A stretch of 29,068 nt of DNA, taken from positions 1 through 29,068 of the forward strand of contig JBFMCE010000054.1 in assembly GCA_040754655.1 (NCBI GenBank), written 5' to 3'. A model generated the notes under the pieces. The model searched no databases, had not been told where the DNA came from, and saw only the letters and a program-made list of their open reading frames with translations. Position 1 is the first letter of the stretch; each line of letters starts with the position of its first letter. Below, piece after piece: positions 8,314 through 16,370 of this stretch. This DNA is from Bdellovibrionota bacterium (GTDB lineage Bacteria; Bdellovibrionota; UBA1018; UBA923). A program made the translations under genes and the position numbers.

Positions 8314-9621
8314 ATGAAGTACTTTATTCTAACGGCATTTCTGATCGTGGTTTTCACTGTCAACTCCGTCAGCGCCGCTCCGCCAAAAAGGCGGGTCTTT
8401 AGACCAGGAGAAGCGCCCGTTGAAATATCAATCGAAGACGTTGTTGAAAGACTGAAAACCGAGAATTTCACCGTCTACGAAAACGCACTTCGCGTTTACC
8501 AAACCAAGGAGGCAATTGAGATTGCCCGGGGAAATCTTCTTCCGAAGCTTAATCTGTGGCGGATTGCTAGTGTGGTGGTCGATCCCCTTTCTATTGTCGG
8601 TGTCATCGAAGATATCGCTCCGTTTTTGGTGCCGAATAATTGGTTTAGGTTGGAAGAGGCCAAGATCCTCAACCTTGCTCAAGCTGAGGCTTACCGTGCG
8701 CTTTGGGCAAATGAGCTCATGACGGCAAAGGCGCTATATTTTAGGCTTCTTTTTGATCGGGCTCTGCTTGAACACATCAAACAAACTGCCACTGAGCTTG
8801 AGGATCTTCATCTCATCATAAAGAGCAGGGAAGAGTTGGGAGGCGCTCCACAGGGTGCTTCACGCGATATCGAAGTGCGTATGCTTTCGCTGCAAGAAGA
8901 TAGGCGTGCTTTAGAGATGCTCCTTTTAGAGGAACAAAATCTTCTTTCTCACATGATGGATCTCTCTGCAGATGAGCTAGTGACACCAGTGGCGGTGAAG
9001 TTGCCAAAATTTGAGGATCTAAAACCGCTCAAGGTTTCTGAGTTTGAGGCCCGGGTGCTTGCGACCTCTCCTGAAATCAAACAATTTGAGCATCTTATCT
9101 CTGCGGCTGATTACGTTAAGAATGAGGCTGCGTTTTCGTTTTTAGGGGCTTCTAGCGTGAGCCGAAGCGTGGCGGGTGGTATCTTTGATAGCCTGCCTGT
9201 TCAAAATGGCCTTGGATTTGGAACTCCAGCGTCTATGCGCATTGTGTCCGCACAAAAAGAAATATTAGAGTCACAGAAAAACGGAATATTTGAGACGGTG
9301 CGCAGGCAGCTCAAACTCTTGGTCAATGGCTACAATCTCGATATCGAGAATTATGCTAACCTTGAGCGCCGCCAAGATTTGACTAGAGCCTCTATCGAGC
9401 AGCTTTTTGAAAGAATGCGCTTAGGTCAAGATGTAGAAATGCGTCTCTTGGTGGAGTCTTGCCGTGATCACATGCAGGCAAGCACCGCCTTTTTAGCAGT
9501 GAAGTTTCGGTTTCTTGCGAATGAAGACAGGTTTTCTCGGCTAACCTTTTTGGGTGATTATGCAAGGTCGCCTGATTATATGGGTCAACTTAAAAAAACG
9601 AAGTCGCTTGATAGGCATTAG
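8314..9621 (+). CDS. Atypical TolC/OEP-like protein
   Basis: Start moved to ATG 8314 (SD GAGGT; ORF-track start 8302 is TTG). Signal peptide VSA|A, ARGNLLPKLNL OEP motif, two helical repeats (AKALYF..., EELGGA.../RMRLG). Confidence 0.72.
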   Translation: MKYFILTAFLIVVFTVNSVSAAPPKRRVFRPGEAPVEISIEDVVERLKTENFTVYENALRVYQTKEAIEIARGNLLPKLNLWRIASVVVDPLSIVGVIEDIAPFLVPNNWFRLEEAKILNLAQAEAYRALWANELMTAKALYFRLLFDRALLEHIKQTATELEDLHLIIKSREELGGAPQGASRDIEVRMLSLQEDRRALEMLLLEEQNLLSHMMDLSADELVTPVAVKLPKFEDLKPLKVSEFEARVLATSPEIKQFEHLISAADYVKNEAAFSFLGASSVSRSVAGGIFDSLPVQNGLGFGTPASMRIVSAQKEILESQKNGIFETVRRQLKLLVNGYNLDIENYANLERRQDLTRASIEQLFERMRLGQDVEMRLLVESCRDHMQASTAFLAVKFRFLANEDRFSRLTFLGDYARSPDYMGQLKKTKSLDRH

Positions 9622-9812
9622 AATATGCCTTGGTTCGAAGGCTGGTCATTCAATGATTGTACTTAAACTTGAAGGACGGGAAGCTTCATTCGGAGCACGT
9701 GCAGACAAATACCCTTGATACCTCAAACCCTACTCCACTCTCCATCTCTGATCTGAGACTCCGATCTTCACTCAGGTCACTAACAATTTTCATCCCGTCC
9801 ACGTCGCGAGCG

Positions 9813-9861
9813 AAAAAAAATGGATCCGGCTGGCTCTCCCTTTTAAAAAGAGAGCCAGCGG
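9813..9861 (-). terminator. Intrinsic terminator-like hairpin
   Basis: Perfect 10-bp stem GCTGGCTCTC (9829-9838)/GAGAGCCAGC (9850-9859); U8 tract (9813-9820) on the minus strand, offset from the stem by a few nt. Confidence 0.5.
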
Positions 9862-9976
9862 CGCAAGATGTGATTAAAAAGAAACGACCCTGTGGATTTT
9901 TTGAAATGTCCTGGGAAATCTCACTGCAACGTCCAGCTCGCCCAAAATCCCTGTTTGGGCTTACAACAACTGGAAG
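9813..9976 (-). ncRNA. Candidate ~160-nt structured small RNA (or regulatory leader)
   Basis: Nested stems, two GGA-containing loops and a terminal 10-bp GC-rich stem followed by U8; begins where the upstream sigma54 promoter predicts a start. Confidence 0.45.
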
Positions 9977-9984
9977 GTCACAAG

Positions 9985-10000
9985 TACAAGAGCTATGCCA
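9985..10000 (-). promoter_or_regulatory. Sigma54 (-24/-12) promoter candidate
   Basis: TGGCAT-AGCTC-TTGTA versus consensus TGGCAC-N5-TTGCW; correct spacing, but GT replaces the conserved GC at -12. Confidence 0.5.
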
Positions 10001-10015
10001 CCGAAGACCTGCAAG

Positions 10016-10028
10016 TAAGTAGTTGATC
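10016..10028 (-). promoter_or_regulatory. IHF binding site candidate
   Basis: gATCAA-CTAC-TTA versus WATCAANNNNTTR (one mismatch), with an upstream A/T tract, at about -42 to -54 of the predicted sigma54 start. Confidence 0.45.
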
Positions 10029-10237
10029 TTAAAAGAAATTATCACAATCCAAGTTTTTGCCAGGGTATGACATTCTGGAAAGGTGCGCACTGACACTGGT
10101 GCACTTTAGCGGCGCCTCGCCCCGCCCTTTCAATTCATTGACATACAGGTGGCTTGAAAGCCGCTCAACTTCAAGGCCTCGACTTTTTTCAATCGCTTGC
10201 AAAGCCACTAGGTCCAAAGTAAACCTAAAATCACTCC

Positions 10238-11725
10238 ATGCAAACGCGAGCTCGCAATACAGCACTAGCAGCAGTCGTAGCCGTCGTTTTTTTCTTTTTT
10301 CTTGCGATCCTAGCGCTGAACACAAGCTTCTGGTGCGATGAGTTCGGTTGGGTTGGAGCGACCTATGGTTCGATCCAGGAAGCGATTCAGGTCGTGGCAA
10401 AAGACGTCAGCCCGCATATTTTCCTCGATGGTTTTTTCATGGCGATTTTTTCCAAGGCGGCTTTGAACCTTGGAATAAATCCTCATCTTGCGATTCGCTT
10501 GCACACCGTCGTGCTTGCAGTCTTGTTCGCGATGCTACCGTGGTTCATCAAAACCCTTTCACACCGCGAACGCTGGATTTGGACGGGTTGGGCGATTCTC
10601 AATTGCGCGCTCGTGCGAATGGCGGTCAATAGCAGACCCTACGCGAGCATTTTGTTTTTCTCAGCCGTAGCGCTTTTTGCTGCGATTGAATTCTCGAGAT
10701 CTAAGGGCGTCTTTTCGCGCATTGCTCTTGTTTTGTCTATTCTGCTTACTCTAGGCCCTCTGACGCATGTGTATGTCATGATGCCGATTACGCTCTACGC
10801 TGTTCTCGTGCTCGCCTCACGAACTGATCTCAAGAGTAAACTCAAGTTCTTGGCTCCACTGTTGCCCGGAGTTCTCGTTTGTTTTTGGTGGTTTGTTTTC
10901 TTCAAACCGCACAGCTATCTCGCAGTATCATGGAACGAGCTTTTCTCAAGGCTGATGGCAACCCCGTGGCTAGATTACGCGCGCCAGATCCTTGGCGGCT
11001 TTTCAAACCCTGGCAAACGCTCTTTGATCGTGGCGCCTCTTGTCGGATATGGGATTTTCATTCAATGGAAGAAAGACAAAAGACTTTGTCTTTTTCTGAT
11101 GGCAGCCCTTTTCAGCGGAATTGCCGTGCCTCTCTACCTTGACCGCAAATACAATTATTTTTTCGTACCCAGGCAGACCTTCACCGCGCTTCCGTTTTGG
11201 GGCTGGTTCGTGGTTGTGGCTCTTGATCAAATTTGTTTTTCAAAAATCCGGAGACCTGCCGTATCAACAGCGGTACTAGCGATGCTAACTCTGGTCGTAG
11301 GTTTGATCCCTTTGTACCGGCTCATTGAGAATATTCCTCCCTTTGTTGATCAACCACGTTTAAAACTTCGTGAAGCGGTTGCTCAACTCAAACCAGATCA
11401 AAAACTGATTGTGCTCTCTAGCTGCAACCGCAGCACCGCAGGACTCTATGTCTACCCAGACTATATGAAAGAGATGTTTGAGCGTTACCGCAAAGGCCAA
11501 CCGCCCGAGGAAAGACCAACCGAAGAACGCGTGCCCTTTTGGGACTCAAGCTCACTGACCTGTTTTGGGAATATTCCTGAGAACTCACCCGACGCTGAAC
11601 TCATGAAGGAAGTTCAAAGCCATCCCGAAAGATTCTTGGTGCTAGCGCCTTTTGATGTTCGAGTGCCCAGCAGGCTTCGCCACGTGGAGTGCGTCAGCGA
11701 AATCAATGGGCCGTGCGTTCGGTAG
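10238..11725 (+). CDS. GT-C fold polytopic glycosyltransferase (PMT/ArnT-like, family 39/83 type)
   Basis: SFWCDE after TM1, RPY and LTHVY motifs, many TM helices, soluble C-terminal domain. Confidence 0.75.
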   Translation: MQTRARNTALAAVVAVVFFFFLAILALNTSFWCDEFGWVGATYGSIQEAIQVVAKDVSPHIFLDGFFMAIFSKAALNLGINPHLAIRLHTVVLAVLFAMLPWFIKTLSHRERWIWTGWAILNCALVRMAVNSRPYASILFFSAVALFAAIEFSRSKGVFSRIALVLSILLTLGPLTHVYVMMPITLYAVLVLASRTDLKSKLKFLAPLLPGVLVCFWWFVFFKPHSYLAVSWNELFSRLMATPWLDYARQILGGFSNPGKRSLIVAPLVGYGIFIQWKKDKRLCLFLMAALFSGIAVPLYLDRKYNYFFVPRQTFTALPFWGWFVVVALDQICFSKIRRPAVSTAVLAMLTLVVGLIPLYRLIENIPPFVDQPRLKLREAVAQLKPDQKLIVLSSCNRSTAGLYVYPDYMKEMFERYRKGQPPEERPTEERVPFWDSSSLTCFGNIPENSPDAELMKEVQSHPERFLVLAPFDVRVPSRLRHVECVSEINGPCVR

Positions 11726-14228
11726 GTCCAAAACTTTTTGACAAGATCCGCACATGATCCGAAGGCTTTGAAAGAACAAACGCCTCTAAGACAAATTCAC
11801 GCAAATCAAACTTTGGACCCACTTCAATACTACAAGCCACCCCACCTGTTTCACTTTGGCGCCGGACAAGTTTCGCGACAAACCCCTTTTTTTGCGACTG
11901 AGATACAAGCTCATAGGCATAGCTGCCGTCTTCATTTCGCCTCAATGTGTGTTTCAGTCCTCTCGACTGCAAATACCTCTCAGGTTTGAGGGGAAACGGC
12001 GAACTCATCTCAACGCGAACTGGCTTCCAATCGGCGGTCGTCATTCCCTGAAGCTTAGCCCATCCTCCCAGCCTCTGATTCACTTGCGAGAGAATAGCCA
12101 GATCACTAAGCATCGACTCAAGGGTCTTCACAGCATCCTTGTGCCAAACCAACGTAATGCAATCCTCGCCAGTGATCCAAGAAGGCTTCTCATCTCTTGA
12201 CCAATACGACTTGCGATATCCACGGTAAAACACGCGTAGCCCAGGCTCTGTCAGCATAAGCGCTCTAGCTAACGCGACGCCGACCATCTTTCGCGGCACC
12301 CCGCGGCCAAGCTTTTCCACTTGCATCGAAAAATGCAGTTCTACTTCAGACTCGCGCGCTTCCTTCAGGCGGTTTTTAAACTGCTCAAGCGAGTAGGTTC
12401 GCTTTTGCTGCGCAAGCACGATGTCACGCACATGGTACCGAGTCGGGCACCCCCCGCAATGAAAGCACTTGGCCTTCGACCAAGAACGGCCTAAGCAATA
12501 ATCAATCTCGACGAATGAACGGGCCCGTAAAACCTCATCCCACAGGAATTCTCGACGAACGCCTGTTTGGATCTTTGCCCAGGGTTTTTTGCGGCTCTCT
12601 TCCAAGTCATATCCTTTAAGCGACTCTACTGGATCTACGCCTTCGCCCAAGAGAGCTGAGTTCAGGGCTTGCATAAAACGATCAGGGACATCCCTGTAGT
12701 AAATGTAATCTGTTTTATCTACCGCACCGAGCAACGCCCGCGACACCTCAGGCCGGTCCGCGCGAACAAGAATCTGCGAGACCCAGTACTCTGGCAAATC
12801 AGCCGACTCGCGAAACTCAAGCCCCGCCGCCCTGACCCTGCCTGCAGCCTTCGAGATGATGCTCTGGTAATGCCCAACCGGATAAGCATTCTCAAACTCA
12901 AGCGGCGTCCACGGGAACCTCACCAAAGGCGTCATCGACAAGATGATCCGAGTGCCTGAGTGGTGCTTGCTTCGTATCGACTTCAGATGGTCAAGCAAGT
13001 CATCTAGAGCAGCAAAGTCTTGTTCCTCTTCCAAACCAGTCGCGATCAAGAATACTTTGAGCTCTCGCGCCTTCGATTTGAAAATCGCGGCCAAGCTCTG
13101 GTGCAACTGCTCAGGCTCAAGGTTTTTATGCAGATACTTTCGAAGCCTTGGCGAAATGCCTTCTAACCCGCAAGTGAGGCTGGCTTTTTCAATCGCATGC
13201 TGAAATTCAACCATCTGCGGATCGTGCGCCAACAGGTCAAAACGCTGGCTCTTCAAACCGATTCCTCGAAAGTGGGGGACCAAGTCCCACAAGACCTGAT
13301 AAAGACCCGAGTGCATATTGAAGTTAAAGCTATAGATGTCGATGCGCTCAAGCCCCATCGATGCTTTCGCCCGCAAAGCCACTTCTCGCAGTTGATCGGC
13401 CTTCCGTTCGCGATAAGGCTTTCGATCCCAGCTCTCAGCGCAAAAACTACAAAAACACGGACAGCCTTCGCTGATCTGCAAGTGACTGTTTCCGAGCTGG
13501 TCCTCGATGTAATACACCGGCCCTGCCTCAAGCGCTTCGCTTTGGTTCAAGTTGGGTATAAAACTTTTCTTTGTCTCTCTCTGGTTTTCGGGCTGGAAAA
13601 AACCAGGAATCGACTCAAGCTCGCTCAAAATCTCAGATTTGGATTTCGAATTTTTCTTCCCGTCACGGCAAATCTCAAGAATATTTCGAAAGGCCTGATC
13701 GCTTTCCCCGACGAAGACGCCGTCGATCAACGGGTCATCCATCCAGATGGCCGAAGAATAAAGCGCGTTCGCCCCGCCAAGAATCAACAGAGGAAGATCT
13801 TCTCTCAAGAGACGTTCTGACTTTTTTAGCGGAATTCCACTTCTGCGCAAAAAGTGAGGGACGTTGATCAGCTCTTGAACGATCGAATTTGAAAAACCAA
13901 TGAGATCAAAGGCCTCAGGCCCTTTCTTCGTTTTCGTGCCCAAGAGCCACGGAACCCCGGCCTTAGAAAAATGAGCCACGTCTGACCTGGGCGGCAGGTA
14001 AGCTAGATCCGGAAAAACATCAGGCGTATTTGCGGCGATCTGATACAGGATTTGATGGGTAAAGGAGTAACCTGTATCAAAATAGGTCGAAAGGCGCACA
14101 AAGAGCGCCCTAAACGCGCGTTGCTCGTACTCTTGCACGGGCAAAGTGTTGATTTCTTCTCCGCGAAGCCAAAGCCCCTGAGCCGTCAATTCAGGGTATA
14201 TGCCTTCGTACCAATCGTGAAAATTCAT
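11703..14228 (-). CDS. Large radical SAM protein, divergent TIGR03960-like (B12-binding-like N-terminus, C-terminal extension)
   Basis: GCPCFCSFC (CxxxCxxC), FDLIGFS, LILGGANA, GVFVGESD, GLEGISPRLR, PWTP and a C-terminal C...CFHCGGC cluster. Confidence 0.85.
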   Translation of the reverse strand: MNFHDWYEGIYPELTAQGLWLRGEEINTLPVQEYEQRAFRALFVRLSTYFDTGYSFTHQILYQIAANTPDVFPDLAYLPPRSDVAHFSKAGVPWLLGTKTKKGPEAFDLIGFSNSIVQELINVPHFLRRSGIPLKKSERLLREDLPLLILGGANALYSSAIWMDDPLIDGVFVGESDQAFRNILEICRDGKKNSKSKSEILSELESIPGFFQPENQRETKKSFIPNLNQSEALEAGPVYYIEDQLGNSHLQISEGCPCFCSFCAESWDRKPYRERKADQLREVALRAKASMGLERIDIYSFNFNMHSGLYQVLWDLVPHFRGIGLKSQRFDLLAHDPQMVEFQHAIEKASLTCGLEGISPRLRKYLHKNLEPEQLHQSLAAIFKSKARELKVFLIATGLEEEQDFAALDDLLDHLKSIRSKHHSGTRIILSMTPLVRFPWTPLEFENAYPVGHYQSIISKAAGRVRAAGLEFRESADLPEYWVSQILVRADRPEVSRALLGAVDKTDYIYYRDVPDRFMQALNSALLGEGVDPVESLKGYDLEESRKKPWAKIQTGVRREFLWDEVLRARSFVEIDYCLGRSWSKAKCFHCGGCPTRYHVRDIVLAQQKRTYSLEQFKNRLKEARESEVELHFSMQVEKLGRGVPRKMVGVALARALMLTEPGLRVFYRGYRKSYWSRDEKPSWITGEDCITLVWHKDAVKTLESMLSDLAILSQVNQRLGGWAKLQGMTTADWKPVRVEMSSPFPLKPERYLQSRGLKHTLRRNEDGSYAYELVSQSQKKGFVAKLVRRQSETGGVACSIEVGPKFDLREFVLEAFVLSKPSDHVRILSKSFGPTERTAH

Positions 14229-14238
14229 GAGCGCAGAA

Positions 14239-14305
14239 TTTATACCATTTTCCGAAGTATTTTGCTCAATATTTAGCTGCCGAGCATCGATGGCCGTGGT
14301 ATACG
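14239..14305. promoter_or_regulatory. Divergent extended -10 promoter candidates
   Basis: TGgTATAAA (minus, 14247-14239) 10 nt before ATG 14228; TGgTATACG (plus, 14297-14305) 7 nt before ATG 14313; no SD for either gene. Confidence 0.4.
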
Positions 14306-14312
14306 CTCTCGC

Positions 14313-14873
14313 ATGCTTTTAAAAGCTGCTTTTGCCATTTCTTTTTGTTTTTTTGTTCCGTTTGCCTCTGCACAAGATGTGCGAAAGAACCAGTGGCCGA
14401 CGACTTGTCCCAACATTGACGCTGAGCAGACGTACACCTGTGAAGTGCAACGTTCTGGCGGAAACTATCTTCTGAGCGATGAAGTAACTTCATTTACCTT
14501 GAAGTTGAAGCGCTCTCAAAAAACGAATGCCCTGAAGATTTGGCTTTCACACAGCAACTTTTTAAACACCAACTTGGAAGTTTTATTTCGCTTGGACGGC
14601 GAATACCACCCGGGCAATATCTTTCGATCAAAACCTGCTTTTCAATACAACTCTCTTGCGTGGTGTATGGATCAAAAGTTCATTCTAAGCCATATGGCGA
14701 GGTTTTACCCGACGGGTGCTTTGGAGAACTATACTAAGAATTGGAAAATCGAAACTCAAGCGGATGGATCCCTTGATCTGGAAGAAATCCATCTCCAGCG
14801 CAAGACGGACGACCCACAGGGGTACATCCGAATCCAGTCTTGGAGCCATTGCGTGAAGACTGTTCAAGACTAA
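14313..14873 (+). CDS. Secreted hypothetical protein
   Basis: Signal peptide ...PFASA|Q; four Cys in the mature region; alternating beta-strand-like pattern. Confidence 0.75.
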   Translation: MLLKAAFAISFCFFVPFASAQDVRKNQWPTTCPNIDAEQTYTCEVQRSGGNYLLSDEVTSFTLKLKRSQKTNALKIWLSHSNFLNTNLEVLFRLDGEYHPGNIFRSKPAFQYNSLAWCMDQKFILSHMARFYPTGALENYTKNWKIETQADGSLDLEEIHLQRKTDDPQGYIRIQSWSHCVKTVQD

Positions 14874-14942
14874 TAGGACTCACCTAAAACCTACCGCATC
14901 ATGAGAACATGCGAGCTCGCTTACCTTAAGAGGCCACGCGCT

Positions 14943-16331
14943 TCAAAACATCGCCGAAAAAAAACCTTCTGATCGAGGAGCAGGCTTTGCGCCCGGCCAA
15001 AGCGCTTCAGTGAAAAGCGGCGCTCTCTCGAAGAGACTTTCGCACCGTTTCACCACCTCATGCGTCTCAGGACGCGTCAGCGTGCAGACAGTATAGAAAA
15101 ATCGCCCCATCGGCTTCAACAACACCTTCGCTTGAGCGCAGAGTTGCTTTTGAAGGCTACCCAACTCCAGCGCATGATCATAAGCCGATTCCCCCCACCG
15201 CAACGAAATTTGCGGTAGCTTTGCCAACGTCCCAAAACCCGTGCAGGGAGCATCAAGCCAAACGAGGTCATAAGATCCCTGATCAACCTGCGGCAAATCC
15301 TCTTCTTCTGCCCTCGTGCAAATCACTTCGACTTGTGGCCAACATCTCTTCACTAGCGGAAGAGCATCGCGTTTTAAAATTTCAAGCTGAGCCTCTGAAC
15401 GGTCAAAAGACTGCCAGACTAGCCGGGGCACCGCGCCCGGGTTTTGACCTCTTTTGGCCGTCCAAGCGCTTAGGGTGCCTAAAAGCTTTCCTCCCTTGCC
15501 TGCTGCAAGTTCGCAAACTTGCAAGACTCTCCCAGACGAAATAGCGCTCAGTTTTTCAAGCTGGTCAGCGGCCTTCTCGCAGGCCCACTGGCTTGCCTCA
15601 CCTTGGATCCGAACAGCGCCAGATTGAAGATCTTCCGTGAGGGTTGCGCCTGCTTCAAGAAGCAGGGCCCGAGGCGCTACGCGACTCAAGTAAGGAGTTG
15701 CCTTCGATCGACAAGATCCTCCGGGCATAGCGTACCCCAAGAATGGAGGCGCGATCTTCATCGTGGCAAGAGCACGAACACCGCGCAATCTCGCTGCTTT
15801 TTTATTCAACCCTGAATCGACCACAGTAAGGGCATCGAGCAGGCTTGCTGGCGCGTTTAGAACGGCCCACTCTAAATCATCCTGCGGCAATTGTTCCGTC
15901 GACAAGAGAGCCTCAAGCGCTTGGTCGCGTCGCACTCGAAGCGCTCCGGCTTCTTTTTCGATCGATTTCAACACTCCATGGACGAACTTCTGTTCTGCGT
16001 CTGAAACATTGTATTCTTTCGCCAAGTTCTGACTTTCCGCAAAGATCGCATAGGCGGGCACCCGATCAAGAAAGATCAGCTGGTAAGCTCCGAGAGCCAA
16101 GAGTTGTTGGACCCGCCGTTTTGGTTTCTGCTTGGTTCTTTGTGAGCAGACCCAATTCAGGAAACCCCACTCTCGCAGCACCCCCGCACCAAGTTCTTGA
16201 AACAATCCCCTATCTTCTGGCTTGAGTTTATCGGCCTGCAAGATCACCTGATGTTCTTTAGCAAGCGCTGTAGGATCTTTATCAAGAGCGGAGTCAATAT
16301 ACTCAAGGGCGAGTTTTCTGGTCGAAACCAT
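14943..16331 (-). CDS. rsmB: RsmB/NOP2-Sun family RNA m5C methyltransferase with NusB-like N-terminal domain
   Basis: LGAYQLIFLDRVPAYA and FVHGVLK (NusB-like domain); ELAAGKGGK, LDAPCTGFG and YTVCTL (motifs I, IV, VI). Confidence 0.8.
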   Translation of the reverse strand: MVSTRKLALEYIDSALDKDPTALAKEHQVILQADKLKPEDRGLFQELGAGVLREWGFLNWVCSQRTKQKPKRRVQQLLALGAYQLIFLDRVPAYAIFAESQNLAKEYNVSDAEQKFVHGVLKSIEKEAGALRVRRDQALEALLSTEQLPQDDLEWAVLNAPASLLDALTVVDSGLNKKAARLRGVRALATMKIAPPFLGYAMPGGSCRSKATPYLSRVAPRALLLEAGATLTEDLQSGAVRIQGEASQWACEKAADQLEKLSAISSGRVLQVCELAAGKGGKLLGTLSAWTAKRGQNPGAVPRLVWQSFDRSEAQLEILKRDALPLVKRCWPQVEVICTRAEEEDLPQVDQGSYDLVWLDAPCTGFGTLAKLPQISLRWGESAYDHALELGSLQKQLCAQAKVLLKPMGRFFYTVCTLTRPETHEVVKRCESLFERAPLFTEALWPGAKPAPRSEGFFSAMF

Positions 16332-16370
16332 GAAATGATCCTTACTTCGGTCTTGGGCCCATTTAAGAGA

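Noticed and set aside
9627..9642. GCCTT/AAGGC hairpin after the efflux operon
   Set aside because: Only 5 bp and no U tract; not supportable as a terminator.
9657..10400. ORFs 9657-10022(+), 9686-10096(-), 10029-10400(-) and 10057-10341(+)
   Set aside because: Mutually overlapping with no recognisable motifs; better explained by the promoter and RNA elements. A fleeting resemblance to a recombinase tail could not be supported.
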